64,000 nucleotides of DNA from Polyangiaceae bacterium (GCA_044222475.1 JBGANF010000023.1:15373-79372); one strand, 5' to 3'. Counted from the first letter of the stretch, positions 1-9,953 are shown. The notes: generated by a model from the letters alone, not told the origin. Numbers and translations: made by a program.

Positions 1-151
1 TCTTTGCGAAAGCGCTTCTGGGCGCGTCATGATGCGCTTACCATGGCGCACGGGCGCGGAGGACGTACGCTCCCCGCCCGCCCAGGTCGCCCCCCGCCTC
101 ACGAGCTTCGTGAAGGAGGGTGTGCGTATCGCCTTAGGAGATGACGACGAG

Positions 152-1750
152 ATGGTGGATAGGTCGAGGAAGTCGACGCTGAAGCACATCGGACGACTGG
201 TCCTCCTGGCCGGCCTTGCAGCGACGGCGCCCGCGTTGAGCGGTTGCGCAGTGAGCAAGGACGACGTGCATCGCTGGGAGGGAACCGAACGGGGGCCGGA
301 GAAGCTGGTCGCGGTCGTCACGCACGACAAGTACGCGCTCGAGCTCCGCACGGAAGCTGCGCTGTCCCTCATTCGCATGAAGCCGCGCAACGGCAAGCGC
401 ATCGGCATCGACATGATGCTGCACGCGCTCGAGGGGCTCGACGAAGAGTCGCGCAAGAAGATCGTCAACGGCATGGTCCCCGAGCTCGTGAAGAACATCG
501 AGGCCCCTGCGCCAGCACGCACTCCCGAAGGTGCCGTGCCGCCGGACCCGTCCATCCCGTACAAGGACGCGACGTTCGGCATGCTCTCCCACGAGCCTCC
601 GCTCGCAACCGACGAGAAGGCCAAGGCCGACCTCGTGGCTGCGCTCATCAAGTGGGTCCAGACCGACTTCGAGGCCCGCATCGAGAACAGCGCGCAGGCC
701 TACGGTGTCGAGCAAATGGCTCGTTTTCTCGGCGCTCCCGCGGTGAAGGGGCTGCCGCCGCTGATGAACGACAACTCGACCAAGATCGATCGCATCGCCG
801 GTCTCATCGCCGACATCGGCGACGCCGAGACGAAGACGAAGGGCGGTGAGCAGCTCGTCGCGCTCGCGAAGCTCATCGACTCCCCCGCCTGGATCGAAAA
901 GCAGAAGGGCCTCGTCAACGAGGCGAACAAGAAGGCCGGCAACACCGTGTCGCCGGAAGCTCTCCAGAAGCAGCTCACGATCTTCCAGGATCAAGAGCTG
1001 ACGAAGGTGTTCGCGGCGATGAAGCGCATCGGCGGCCGCGCGGTCGTCGAGTACTGCCTCGTGTACAGCGCGAACAAGCAGAACTCGGAAGATCGACGCA
1101 AGGCATCGCTCGCCGCGCTCGAAGGTCGCATCGAGAAGGGCAACACCGCCGACATCGACAAGATCTTCGAGATCGCCAAGGACGAATCGACGCCGGACTC
1201 GATCCGCAGCCTCGCGTTCAACCGTCTCGGCGAGCTGCCGAAGGAGCAGGTCGTCCCCAAGCTCTACACCCTCTTCGACAACAAGCGCTGGAAGGTCCGC
1301 TGGGTGGCCGCCGAGCTCGTCCTCAAGACGATGACGACCAAGGGCCTACCCGACTTCATGCGGAAGCTCCCGGCCAGCGCCATCACCAAGATGGGCATGT
1401 CGGAGCCGATCACCTACGCCGGCGTCATCCAGAAGATGGAGGCGCCGAAGGGCGAACCGAGCCCGAAAGACGCGATCGCGCCCTACCTCGGGGCTCGAGA
1501 GCTCGGGCCGAAGCTGGTCGCCCTGGCTTTCTACTACGGCGGCAAGAAATCCGACCTCTCCGTGATACAATCGTACGAGAGCGACAGGACCCCGGTGCCG
1601 AAATGCGAGACCGACGATCAATGTGGTTGGTCGTGCGACGTGCCCAAGGCGGGCGCGGCACCAGGCTCCAACGAGACCGAAACGAAGACCATCGGCACGG
1701 TGGGGGAATTCGTGAAATACTGCGTGGAGCCGTCGTTGACGGACAAGTGA
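152..1750 (+). CDS. Large alpha-helical (HEAT/ARM-like) lipoprotein, hypothetical
   Basis: ORF 29..1750. In-frame ATG at 152 follows AGGAG (136-140). Signal peptide with lipobox LSGC, Leu/Ala/Glu/Lys-rich helical repeats (e.g. RWKVRWVAAELVL) and a C-terminal Cys motif. Confidence 0.7.
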   Translation: MVDRSRKSTLKHIGRLVLLAGLAATAPALSGCAVSKDDVHRWEGTERGPEKLVAVVTHDKYALELRTEAALSLIRMKPRNGKRIGIDMMLHALEGLDEESRKKIVNGMVPELVKNIEAPAPARTPEGAVPPDPSIPYKDATFGMLSHEPPLATDEKAKADLVAALIKWVQTDFEARIENSAQAYGVEQMARFLGAPAVKGLPPLMNDNSTKIDRIAGLIADIGDAETKTKGGEQLVALAKLIDSPAWIEKQKGLVNEANKKAGNTVSPEALQKQLTIFQDQELTKVFAAMKRIGGRAVVEYCLVYSANKQNSEDRRKASLAALEGRIEKGNTADIDKIFEIAKDESTPDSIRSLAFNRLGELPKEQVVPKLYTLFDNKRWKVRWVAAELVLKTMTTKGLPDFMRKLPASAITKMGMSEPITYAGVIQKMEAPKGEPSPKDAIAPYLGARELGPKLVALAFYYGGKKSDLSVIQSYESDRTPVPKCETDDQCGWSCDVPKAGAAPGSNETETKTIGTVGEFVKYCVEPSLTDK

Positions 1751-1763
1751 GGCGCACGGGCAG

Positions 1764-2609
1764 ATGAGCTCCGATCCGAACAAGAAGAGCACGCGTCAGT
1801 TCCAGTGCCGCGACGTCCTCTGGGAGACGTTCGAGCAGATGGCGCGCGAGCTCGAGTGCAGTGTCGACTATCTGATCAACGAAGCGATGAAGCAGTACGC
1901 GCGGCAGCGCAGCTACGGGCCGGGCGCGACACGCACGCCGTTCCCGAGCCAAGCGCCACGCGAGGCATACCCGCAGCCGGCAGCAGCGAACACGTACACC
2001 GGTCAGTCGATGCAGATGCCGCAGCCGCCGATGCGCAGCGGAGGTGGTCTGCCTCCTCCGCCAACCGGTCGGATGCCGCTTCCGCCGCCGAACCGTCCGT
2101 CGTCCGCGGGGCTCCCGATGCCGCCGCCGCGCGGCATGCCGCAGTCGTCGCCGATCTCGCCGCCGGCAGGCCGCATCTCCTCGCTGCCCACGCCGCCGCC
2201 GCCGATGGCGCGCGAGTCGCGCCCGCCGCCTCCCCCGCCGGCTCCGTCGCGAAGCGTTCCTCCGCCCATCCCGGGTCGGCAGCCGGGCGGTGGCGGTGGA
2301 TACAACGGCGCGTACGCGCAGGCTCCGGCCGCGCAGCTCAGTGTCATCTATCAAGGCGAGCGCACGTCGGTCACGAAGGAGCGCTTCGTCATCGGCCGCG
2401 GCAAGCAGTCGAGCGACTTGACGCTCAAGGATCCGAACGTGTCGCGCCAACACGCGATGGTGGAGTTCCAGAACGGCGTCTACTTCATGGTGGACATGGG
2501 GTCGACGAACGGCGTCGAGTACAACGGTCAGCGCATCGCACGAAAGCAGATCGCCGAAGGCGACGTCTTCCGCATCTGCGATCACGAAGTCCGCTTCACC
2601 TACCGCTGA
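1764..2609 (+). CDS. FHA-domain protein with N-terminal ribbon-helix-helix-like domain and Pro-rich linker
   Basis: C-terminal FHA motifs (IGR, VSRQHA, DMGSTNG). The N-terminus STRQFQCRDVLWETFEQMARELECSVDYLINEAMKQY has an RHH strand-helix-helix pattern. Confidence 0.85.
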   Translation: MSSDPNKKSTRQFQCRDVLWETFEQMARELECSVDYLINEAMKQYARQRSYGPGATRTPFPSQAPREAYPQPAAANTYTGQSMQMPQPPMRSGGGLPPPPTGRMPLPPPNRPSSAGLPMPPPRGMPQSSPISPPAGRISSLPTPPPPMARESRPPPPPPAPSRSVPPPIPGRQPGGGGGYNGAYAQAPAAQLSVIYQGERTSVTKERFVIGRGKQSSDLTLKDPNVSRQHAMVEFQNGVYFMVDMGSTNGVEYNGQRIARKQIAEGDVFRICDHEVRFTYR

Positions 2610-3709
2610 TGTCACGCGAGCGCCCGATGCGCGCGCTCACCGTGCTCCCGAGCCTCGAAGCGCGGCGGAAAGCGCTCGAGACGTGCGTCTACTGTCCCAA
2701 GCTCTGCCGAAGCGCGTGTCCGGTGTCGAACGCCGAGCCGCGCGAGACGCTCACGCCGTGGGGGAAGATGTCCTCGGCGGCGCACGCGGCGCACGGCGAC
2801 GTCGCGCTCGACGCGTCGTTCACGAGCACCGCGTATGCGTGCACCGGGTGCATGGCGTGCCGCGAAGCATGCGATCACGGGAACCCGGTCGCGAGCACGC
2901 TGCTCGACGCGCGAAGCGCGTTCGCCGACGCGGGCGCGAGCCCGAAAGAGGCGGACGCCGTGCGCGCGGGCTGGGGCGCTCACCGTGAACGCACGAAAGA
3001 CGCCGCGCGATCCGCCGGTACCACGACCGGCGGCCGCGCGTTACTTGTAGGTTGCACGTATTTGACCAAGCTCCCCGACACTGCGGGCGACGCTGTCGCG
3101 GTCGCCCGCGCGATTCACGGCGACGTGTCGATCGTCGACGACTGCTGCGGTCTCCCGCTCCTCCTCGCCGGAGACCGCGAGCGCTTTCGTCATCACGTGA
3201 ACGAGCTCGCAGAGCGGATCGGCACGTCGACGCTGACGGTAGTCGACCCCGGCTGCGCCATGGCGCTGCGAGAGCACGCGCCCGAGCAAGGCGCCGCCAA
3301 GATCGACGTCTCGCTCCTCGTCGAGGAGATCGCGGCCGCTCCGGAGCGGTTCGTCGCGCGCTCCGCGAGCGCGGGCAACGCCCCCGTTCGCTACCACGAC
3401 CCCTGCCAACTCGGGCGCGGGCTCGGCGTGTACGAAGCGCCGCGTCAGGTGTTGACGCGAGCCCTCGGCCAGGCGCCGGCGGAGTTCATCCGCTCGCGCG
3501 CGTACGGTGCGTGCGCCGGCGCCGGCGGGCTCCTACCGAAGACGATGCCCGAGACGTCGCGCGCGATCGCGGCCGAACGAAAGCGCGAGCACGACGAAGC
3601 GGGCGGCGGGACGATCGTCACCGCGTGCGCATCGAGCACGATCGCGCTGAGGAAGACGCACGCCGAGGTCGTCGATCTCGTCACCATCGCGCGCCGCGGG
3701 CTGCGCTGA
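2609..3709 (+). CDS. (Fe-S)-binding protein, HdrD/GlcF-like with CCG domains
   Basis: ATG at 2609 overlaps the upstream TGA. Cluster motifs CVYCPKLCRSACP and CTGCMACREAC, plus DCCG, YHDPCQLGR and TACASS. Confidence 0.85.
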   Translation: MSRERPMRALTVLPSLEARRKALETCVYCPKLCRSACPVSNAEPRETLTPWGKMSSAAHAAHGDVALDASFTSTAYACTGCMACREACDHGNPVASTLLDARSAFADAGASPKEADAVRAGWGAHRERTKDAARSAGTTTGGRALLVGCTYLTKLPDTAGDAVAVARAIHGDVSIVDDCCGLPLLLAGDRERFRHHVNELAERIGTSTLTVVDPGCAMALREHAPEQGAAKIDVSLLVEEIAAAPERFVARSASAGNAPVRYHDPCQLGRGLGVYEAPRQVLTRALGQAPAEFIRSRAYGACAGAGGLLPKTMPETSRAIAAERKREHDEAGGGTIVTACASSTIALRKTHAEVVDLVTIARRGLR

Positions 3710-3719
3710 GGGGGCGGGC

Positions 3720-4319
3720 GTGGACGAGCTGATCATCCCGCCGCCCCAGTCGAAGAAGGACACGCCGCCGGTCACCGCGGTGCGCGCGTTCGTGTTCCTC
3801 AGCGGGCAGAAGTGGATGCAGAAGAAGGGCGTCTTCGCGAAGTTCCAGGAGCTGCTCCCCGAGCACCTCCGCAAATACCTCACGACGATGACCGCGACGG
3901 ATTGGCTCCCGCTCGACGACGCGCTCGAGGTCTACGCGACGCTCGATCGACTGGAGCTCAACGCGTCCGAGCAGGTCGAGCTCGGGCGCACGGTGTCGGC
4001 GGCGAACAACGGCCTCGTCATCACGACGCTCTCCCGACTCGCGGGCGGCGTCGGCGTGACCCCGTGGTTCGCGCTCCAGCACGCGCACCGCACCTGGTTG
4101 CGATCGAACCGCGGCGGAGCGATCGCGGTCTACAAGATCGCCGACAAAGCGTGTCGGCTCGAGTTCTGGCAGGTGCCTCTCGCGCGATCTCCGTTCTTCG
4201 TGACGAGCATGCGAGGGGCGATCGCGGTGGGCATCGAGCCGTTCTGCAAGCGCCTCGTCGTCAGCGAGCTCGCCACGTACACGACGAGTGACGGCTTCGC
4301 GCTTCGCCTCGCGTGGTGA
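3720..4319 (+). CDS. Hypothetical protein (myxobacterial, possibly V4R/H-NOX-like fold)
   Basis: 199-aa ORF with normal composition that fills the gap. The fold assignment is inference only. Confidence 0.6.
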   Translation: MDELIIPPPQSKKDTPPVTAVRAFVFLSGQKWMQKKGVFAKFQELLPEHLRKYLTTMTATDWLPLDDALEVYATLDRLELNASEQVELGRTVSAANNGLVITTLSRLAGGVGVTPWFALQHAHRTWLRSNRGGAIAVYKIADKACRLEFWQVPLARSPFFVTSMRGAIAVGIEPFCKRLVVSELATYTTSDGFALRLAW

Positions 4320-4325
4320 TCGCGC

Positions 4326-5381
4326 CTACTCCGGTTCGACGGCGCCTTCCGCGATCCACATGCCGTCGTCGGCGCCGATCTCGCGGCCCCGCAGCTCGAC
4401 GCGGATCGCGTGTCCGTCGGTCTCCCAGCCGTCCAGCAGGGCGCCTCGCTCGAAGACCGCATCGCCGAACGGCTGGTGATCGTCACCCACGAGCACGGGA
4501 GCTTCGGTGCGCACGCGGAGCCGGCGCGGTCGCGACGATCCGCCGGATCCGCCTACGCCCGACATGCCGAAGCCGCGGTACGACGCGGACCCATCGACCT
4601 CGGACGCGCGCACCCAACCGTCGATGCCGAGGCCGCCGGAGTGCCACGCGACACGGAGCCAATCACCGCGACGCTCTCGCACGGAGAGCGCGATGCCGTC
4701 ACCGTCGAAGCCGAGAGTGAGCACCTCGGCTCCGGCCGGCGCGTCGCGAAGGACTAGGGCGTCTCCGGTCGGGCCCACGGCATCTTCGTCGTCGTCGGTG
4801 GTGTCGCTCGGTGGGTCGAGCGCGGTCGGCTCGTAGGCGACGGTGGCGCAGGGTGCGCGCGGCTCGAAGAACTCGGGGCGCGCGAAGGGAGACTTGCGAC
4901 GCACGACGAGCGACCCGCGCTCGATGCCGACGACCTCGACCTGGACGCCGCGATCGATCCACGCGTGATCGGGGACGACGAACGTCGTCACTCGGAGCTG
5001 GAAACCACGACCGGCGAGGTCGGCGAACGCGTGCGCGCGGATGAGCTTCTGTCCGCCGATCGTGATCGCTGCGCGACGCAGGCCAGCTCCGTCGGCGGTC
5101 GAAGGAAACGAGGACCACGTCACGCCGACCTTCGTCGTCTCGAGGATCGTCAGCCCGTGCGCAGTCGACCGCGGCTCGGCGAAGACGAAGAACTCCGGAG
5201 CTTCGACGTTCGCTTCGAGGAGCTCACCGGTGCCGGCGACCGCACAGTGATCCGTCGACTCCGGCGTGGGAGCGATCGCGACGGCCCGCGGAAGGGACAC
5301 GACCTCCGCCGTTTGGACGCGGGGCGAGCACGCGACCGCGAGGACGGCGAGACCGAGGACGCGCGGGACGGGAGAGGTCAT
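4326..5381 (-). CDS. Hypothetical lipoprotein, possible SH3-like domains
   Basis: Lipobox LAVAC. The segments GDWLRV...IDGWVRAS resemble bacterial SH3 domains. Confidence 0.65.
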   Translation of the reverse strand: MTSPVPRVLGLAVLAVACSPRVQTAEVVSLPRAVAIAPTPESTDHCAVAGTGELLEANVEAPEFFVFAEPRSTAHGLTILETTKVGVTWSSFPSTADGAGLRRAAITIGGQKLIRAHAFADLAGRGFQLRVTTFVVPDHAWIDRGVQVEVVGIERGSLVVRRKSPFARPEFFEPRAPCATVAYEPTALDPPSDTTDDDEDAVGPTGDALVLRDAPAGAEVLTLGFDGDGIALSVRERRGDWLRVAWHSGGLGIDGWVRASEVDGSASYRGFGMSGVGGSGGSSRPRRLRVRTEAPVLVGDDHQPFGDAVFERGALLDGWETDGHAIRVELRGREIGADDGMWIAEGAVEPE

Positions 5382-5417
5382 CCTCTTCGTCTGACCGTCG
5401 AGCGGGGATTTGGTTCC

Positions 5418-6392
5418 TCAGAACCGCCCGACGAACGTCCCGAAGGCGCCGTTCGGGGCGATACCGGGCACGAACGCGACCGACGACTTGCTCTTCGGGG
5501 CGAGGACGAACAGCGTGATCCCGACCGCCAGCGCGACGCCACCGGCGACGAACATGATGGTCGAGATCGTCGCGGCGTCCTTGGCTTGCGATCGAAGCGC
5601 GAGGCCGTTCGAGTCGCACGTGTTCTGAGCGTCGCAGTGGTTCGCGTCGTTGGACTCGGAGAGCTTCGACGATGCGATGACGCCGAACACGGATCCGACG
5701 ACGATGCCCACGAGGCCGACTCCGCCGATCGCGCCGCCGGCGATGCGCATCGGGGTGCCGGGCGAGCTCGACTCTTCGGGAGGAGGGGGCGGCGGCGCCG
5801 CGACCTTCTCCTCTTGGACCACGAGGACGACGGAAGCGGTGCCCGACTCGGCGACCTCCACGGTTTGCTCCGTGCGCTTCGCGTTCGTCGCCTCGACGGT
5901 GACGAGGTGCTTGCCCGGATCGATCAACACGGCGTTGCCGAGATCGGACGCGGGGACGTCCTTGCCGTCGCACGTGATGCGCAAACCGGCGGGTGCCGGA
6001 GTCGGCGCGACGAGCGTGAGCTTCGAGAGCTTGGGCTCGAGCGCAGCCGCGCGTTGGAGCGCGATCTTGTCGCGGCCCTTCGAGTCCTTCGCTTCGACCG
6101 CGAGCCGCGCGGCCTCCTTGAAGGCCTTGTACGCGCTGTACGTCTTGCCGCTGCGCTCGTAGCAGTCGGCGAGCCAGAGTTGCCCGCCGACGCCCGGGTC
6201 GAGCTTGAGGCTCGCTTCGATCTTCGGGCACGCCTCGGCGAATTTGCCGTCCTTCATGAGCGCCGTGCCTTCGTCGAACAACCGATCCGCTTCGGTCTTC
6301 GGAGCTTCTGCGCGGGCCGCGCCCGAGACGGTGAGCGCGAAGGCGGCGACGAGAACGGCGAGCTTCGTCCTCACGTGATTCACGCCGTTCAC
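5418..6392 (-). CDS. Secreted TPR + PEGA-like protein with C-terminal hydrophobic hairpin and beta-signal-like end (GRF)
   Basis: C-terminal part of ORF 5418..10067. GTG at 6392 overlaps the kinase TGA (alternative GTG at 6374). Signal peptide ...AARA, TPR-like ADRLFDEG...LADCYERSGK, PEGA-like IDPGKHLVTVEA. Confidence 0.8.
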   Translation of the reverse strand: MNGVNHVRTKLAVLVAAFALTVSGAARAEAPKTEADRLFDEGTALMKDGKFAEACPKIEASLKLDPGVGGQLWLADCYERSGKTYSAYKAFKEAARLAVEAKDSKGRDKIALQRAAALEPKLSKLTLVAPTPAPAGLRITCDGKDVPASDLGNAVLIDPGKHLVTVEATNAKRTEQTVEVAESGTASVVLVVQEEKVAAPPPPPPEESSSPGTPMRIAGGAIGGVGLVGIVVGSVFGVIASSKLSESNDANHCDAQNTCDSNGLALRSQAKDAATISTIMFVAGGVALAVGITLFVLAPKSKSSVAFVPGIAPNGAFGTFVGRF

Positions 6393-8278
6393 TTTCGCCC
6401 GCCGAACGCGCTGTTGTCGATGGGCTTCGGCTTCGATGTCGTGGCAGTCGGCACCGCGGTCGGCTTGATCGCGGTGGTCACCACCGTCGTGGTCGGACGC
6501 GGCCCGGTCGTCGTCGGAACCGCCGTCGGCTTCACGGTAGTCGTGGGGAGCGGCGACGTTGCGCTGGCGACGGTCGTCGTGGTCGCGGTCGTCGTCGTCG
6601 TCGTCGTTGCGGTCGCGGTCGCGGTCGTGGTCGTCGCGGTGGTCGTGGTCGGTACCTCCGCGGTCTGCGTCGCGGTCTGGGTCGCCGTCGTCTTCGTGGT
6701 CGTCGGTGGGGGCGGAGTCTCTCCGCGCGACTTGAGGACGATCACCGCCCCTCCGACGCCGACGATGAGCAGGATCGGAATGGCGAGCAACCACGTAGGT
6801 ACACGGCGTTGCGCGGGGGCGACCGGTGCCACTTGCGGTGCCATTGGCGGCGGCGCGAACTGCGGCGGCGGCGGCGCTTGGCCGGGCACGAAGGCCCCGG
6901 GCGGCAGCGCGGGGTTCGCCCCGGACTGCATCGCTTGGAGCACTGCAGCCGGATAGAACTCGGGCACCGTGGCCGGCTGGGGGATGTTCGGCATCGCCGC
7001 GGGGGCGGCCGGCGGAGGCGCGGGCGGAGTCATTGGCAAGCCGTTCGCGTCGACCGCCGGCTGCTCGTCGATGTCGAGGTCGATGCGGGTCGCGAGGTCG
7101 TCGTGGTCCGACGTGAGGTTGCCCAGGTTTCGCAGCTCGGGCTGCGGCGGCGGCTCCGGAGGCGGTTGGACGACCGGAGCGGCGTGCGAGCCCGACTCGG
7201 GCGTCGCACCGTTCACGGGATCGAGAGCGTCCGTCCGAGGGGGTGAGAACGGCTGCGCCAGGGCGACCCCGCTCCGTGAGACGTCGCTTCGGGTGAGCCA
7301 CGTCCGCACGAGATCGCGGTGCGCGGTGATCTCCTGGCCGACGAGCTCGTTCACGAGGGCCGCCGACTCGCGCGCGGTGAACATCGTACCGGCCGTGCGG
7401 GCGGCCGCCTCGAGCGCATCCCCGAAATCCGCGGCGGTCGCCCAGCGATCGGCGGGGTCCTTCGCGAGCGCCCGGAGGCACACCTCGGCGATGGGCGGCG
7501 GGAGACCGGGCACCAACTGGGTGAGCTCGGGCACCTCGGCGGCGGCGACCTTGAAGAGCGTCTCGCCGTCGGTCTCGGCTTTGAAGAGCCGTTCGCCGGC
7601 CAACATTTCCCAGAGGACGATGCCGGCGGCGAAGACGTCCACCCGTCGGTCGACGACCCCGCCTCGAATCTGCTCGGGCGCCATGTACGCGAGCTTCCCC
7701 TTGAGGTGCCCGGTCTGGGTGCGCTCGCCGATGCGGGCCGCCGCGCGAGCGACGCCGAAGTCGGTGATGCGCGCGACGCCGTCGACACCGACGAGGATGT
7801 TCTGCGGCGACACGTCGCGATGGATGATCTCGAGCGGCTTGCCTTCGTCGTTCGCGAGCTCGTGAGCGGCGTGAAGCCCCGCGAGAGTGTCGACCAGGAC
7901 GCGCACGGTGAACCCGATCGGGAGCAACTTTGCGCTGTGCTTCGCGCGAACGATGAGGCGCGAGGCCGTGTCGCCCTCGATGTAGTCCATGACGAGGAAG
8001 TACTGCTCGTCCTTCATGCCGATCTCGAAGATCGGGACTACGTTCGGGTGATGGATGCGGGCCGCGAGCTTCGCCTCGTCGATGAACATCGCGACGAAGT
8101 CGGGATCTTTCGCGAGGTGCGGGTGCAGCCGCTTGACCGCGAAGAACCTGCGGAAGTCGACCATGCCGATGGCGCGCGCGAGGTACACCGTCGCCATACC
8201 GCCGCTGGCGATCTCCGCGACCAGCTCGTAGCGTCCGAGCTGCTCCCCCGCGCCTGGTTCTGCAAGAAGCTTGGTCAA
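6389..8278 (-). CDS. Membrane-anchored Hanks-type Ser/Thr protein kinase
   Basis: IASGGMATVY, AVK, HRDVSPQN, DFG and YMAPE motifs. Pro-rich linker, TM helix WLLAIPILLIVGVGGAVIVL, Thr-rich tail. Confidence 0.95.
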   Translation of the reverse strand: MTKLLAEPGAGEQLGRYELVAEIASGGMATVYLARAIGMVDFRRFFAVKRLHPHLAKDPDFVAMFIDEAKLAARIHHPNVVPIFEIGMKDEQYFLVMDYIEGDTASRLIVRAKHSAKLLPIGFTVRVLVDTLAGLHAAHELANDEGKPLEIIHRDVSPQNILVGVDGVARITDFGVARAAARIGERTQTGHLKGKLAYMAPEQIRGGVVDRRVDVFAAGIVLWEMLAGERLFKAETDGETLFKVAAAEVPELTQLVPGLPPPIAEVCLRALAKDPADRWATAADFGDALEAAARTAGTMFTARESAALVNELVGQEITAHRDLVRTWLTRSDVSRSGVALAQPFSPPRTDALDPVNGATPESGSHAAPVVQPPPEPPPQPELRNLGNLTSDHDDLATRIDLDIDEQPAVDANGLPMTPPAPPPAAPAAMPNIPQPATVPEFYPAAVLQAMQSGANPALPPGAFVPGQAPPPPQFAPPPMAPQVAPVAPAQRRVPTWLLAIPILLIVGVGGAVIVLKSRGETPPPPTTTKTTATQTATQTAEVPTTTTATTTTATATATTTTTTTATTTTVASATSPLPTTTVKPTAVPTTTGPRPTTTVVTTAIKPTAVPTATTSKPKPIDNSAFGGRK

Positions 8279-8360
8279 GGCTGCACTCTCCAGCGTACCC
8301 CGTCCATCGACTGTCGTCAGTTGGAGATGATACCCACAAGTGCGCTAGTCTTCCTACATC

Positions 8361-9953
8361 GTGGCATCTGCAGACTCGCTCGGTGATGCGCACGCGCCTG
8401 CGCGCCGTACCGTAGCGAGCCGCGTCCTCCTTTCGTTCGCCCTCATGCTCGCGGCGTTCCTCGTCACCGCGACGTGGAGCATCGTCGCCCAGCGCCGCAC
8501 GGCCGCGGACAGCGAGGAGCTCGCGAAGGGCTTCGTCCCGGTGGCGCTCAAGCTCGGCCAGCTCCGCGCGACCCAGGCGGCGATCTCGACGATCGTCGAG
8601 GGCCTGCCCGACGAGCGCGACCCCATCGGCGCGCGCATGCTCCTGAGCGCCCTCTCGGGCGCGCGCCAGGCCAAGCTCGTCGAGACCCGCGCCGCGATCG
8701 CCGGCTTGGAGGCCGTCGGCACGGACGAGTCGAAGCAGCTCGCTCGGCAATGGAGCGACGAGCTCGACGGCTTCGAGGCGGGCCTCGTCCCCGAGAAGGC
8801 CGCGTTCGAGCGGCTGTTCGCCGCGACCGCGAGCGGCGACGCCGACGGGATCAACCGTACGTTGATCGAGGTCGGCCCGGTCGAGCTCGACGCGGACCAC
8901 CGCCTCCACACCCTCGCCGACCACGTGTCGACGTCGATGGACGCCCTCAGCATCGCCGCGAAAGCCCGCCTCGCCCGGGCGGTGTACTCCGTCATCGGGC
9001 TCGTCGTCCTCACGCTCGCGGTGAGCGTCGCGGTGACGATGCACGTGCGGCGCATCCTCGCGCCGCTCGCGCGCGTGACCGAGCGCGCGAAGGCGGTCGG
9101 GCGCGGAGATCTCACGCCGAAGGAGGTGCCGGAGGGAGGCGACGAGATCGGCGAGCTCGCGGTGAGCTTCGAGCGGATGGTCGGTGCGCTCTCGCGGGCG
9201 CAACGCGAGGCGCTCGAGAGCGAGCGTCTCGCCGCGATCGGCAAGATGGCAGCGCACGTCACTCACGAGATTCGGAACCCGCTGTCGTCGATCGGCCTCA
9301 ACGTCGAGCTGTTGGAGGAGGAGCTCGCGGAGGCGGAGCCCAAGGCCGGCCATGGAGAGGAAGCGCGCGGGATCCTCTCGGCGATTCGACGCGAGGTCGA
9401 GCGCCTCGAGTCGCTCTCCGAGGAGTACCTGAGGATGGCGCGCCTCCCGCAGCCGCGCATGGAAGCGGACGACGTCGCGCAGGCCGTGCGTGACGTCGCG
9501 ACGTTCTCGAAGAAGGAGATGGAACGCGCGGGGTGCACGATCGAGCTCGTCGTCGAGGGCGACGCCGACGGGCGGGTCCCGCCCGCGTTGTTCGACGAGA
9601 ACCAGCTCCGCCAAGCGCTCCTCAACCTGCTCCGCAACGCGCGCGAGGCGATGCCCGACGGCGGCGTCATCGACGTGAAGGTAGGCGCCGAAGGCATGAG
9701 CGTCGTGATCCGGGTCGAGGATCGCGGCGCGGGGATCCCCGACGAAATCCGGTCGCGCGTCTTCGACCCGTTCTTCTCGACGAAGGGCGAGGGCACCGGC
9801 CTGGGCCTCGCGATCACGAGGCAGATCGTCGAAGCCCATGGCGGCGAGCTCGTCTGCGAGGGGCGTCCGGGCGGCGGGACGTCGTTCAAGATCGCGCTCC
9901 CCATCGCACCCGCGAAGGCGCAGGCGATGCCCCCGCCCAAGGGAGGGACGTGA
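8361..9953 (+). CDS. HAMP-domain sensor histidine kinase
   Basis: Two TM helices, HAMP, H-box AHVTHEIRNPL, N-box NLLRNA, D-box DRGAGI, FSTKGEGTGLGL. Confidence 0.95.
   Translation: MASADSLGDAHAPARRTVASRVLLSFALMLAAFLVTATWSIVAQRRTAADSEELAKGFVPVALKLGQLRATQAAISTIVEGLPDERDPIGARMLLSALSGARQAKLVETRAAIAGLEAVGTDESKQLARQWSDELDGFEAGLVPEKAAFERLFAATASGDADGINRTLIEVGPVELDADHRLHTLADHVSTSMDALSIAAKARLARAVYSVIGLVVLTLAVSVAVTMHVRRILAPLARVTERAKAVGRGDLTPKEVPEGGDEIGELAVSFERMVGALSRAQREALESERLAAIGKMAAHVTHEIRNPLSSIGLNVELLEEELAEAEPKAGHGEEARGILSAIRREVERLESLSEEYLRMARLPQPRMEADDVAQAVRDVATFSKKEMERAGCTIELVVEGDADGRVPPALFDENQLRQALLNLLRNAREAMPDGGVIDVKVGAEGMSVVIRVEDRGAGIPDEIRSRVFDPFFSTKGEGTGLGLAITRQIVEAHGGELVCEGRPGGGTSFKIALPIAPAKAQAMPPPKGGT

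Noticed and set aside
6470..6710. GTCGCG/GTCGTC-type microrepeats (also at about 33900-34050)
   Set aside because: They encode the Thr/Ala-rich kinase linkers. They are not CRISPR or independent repeat elements.
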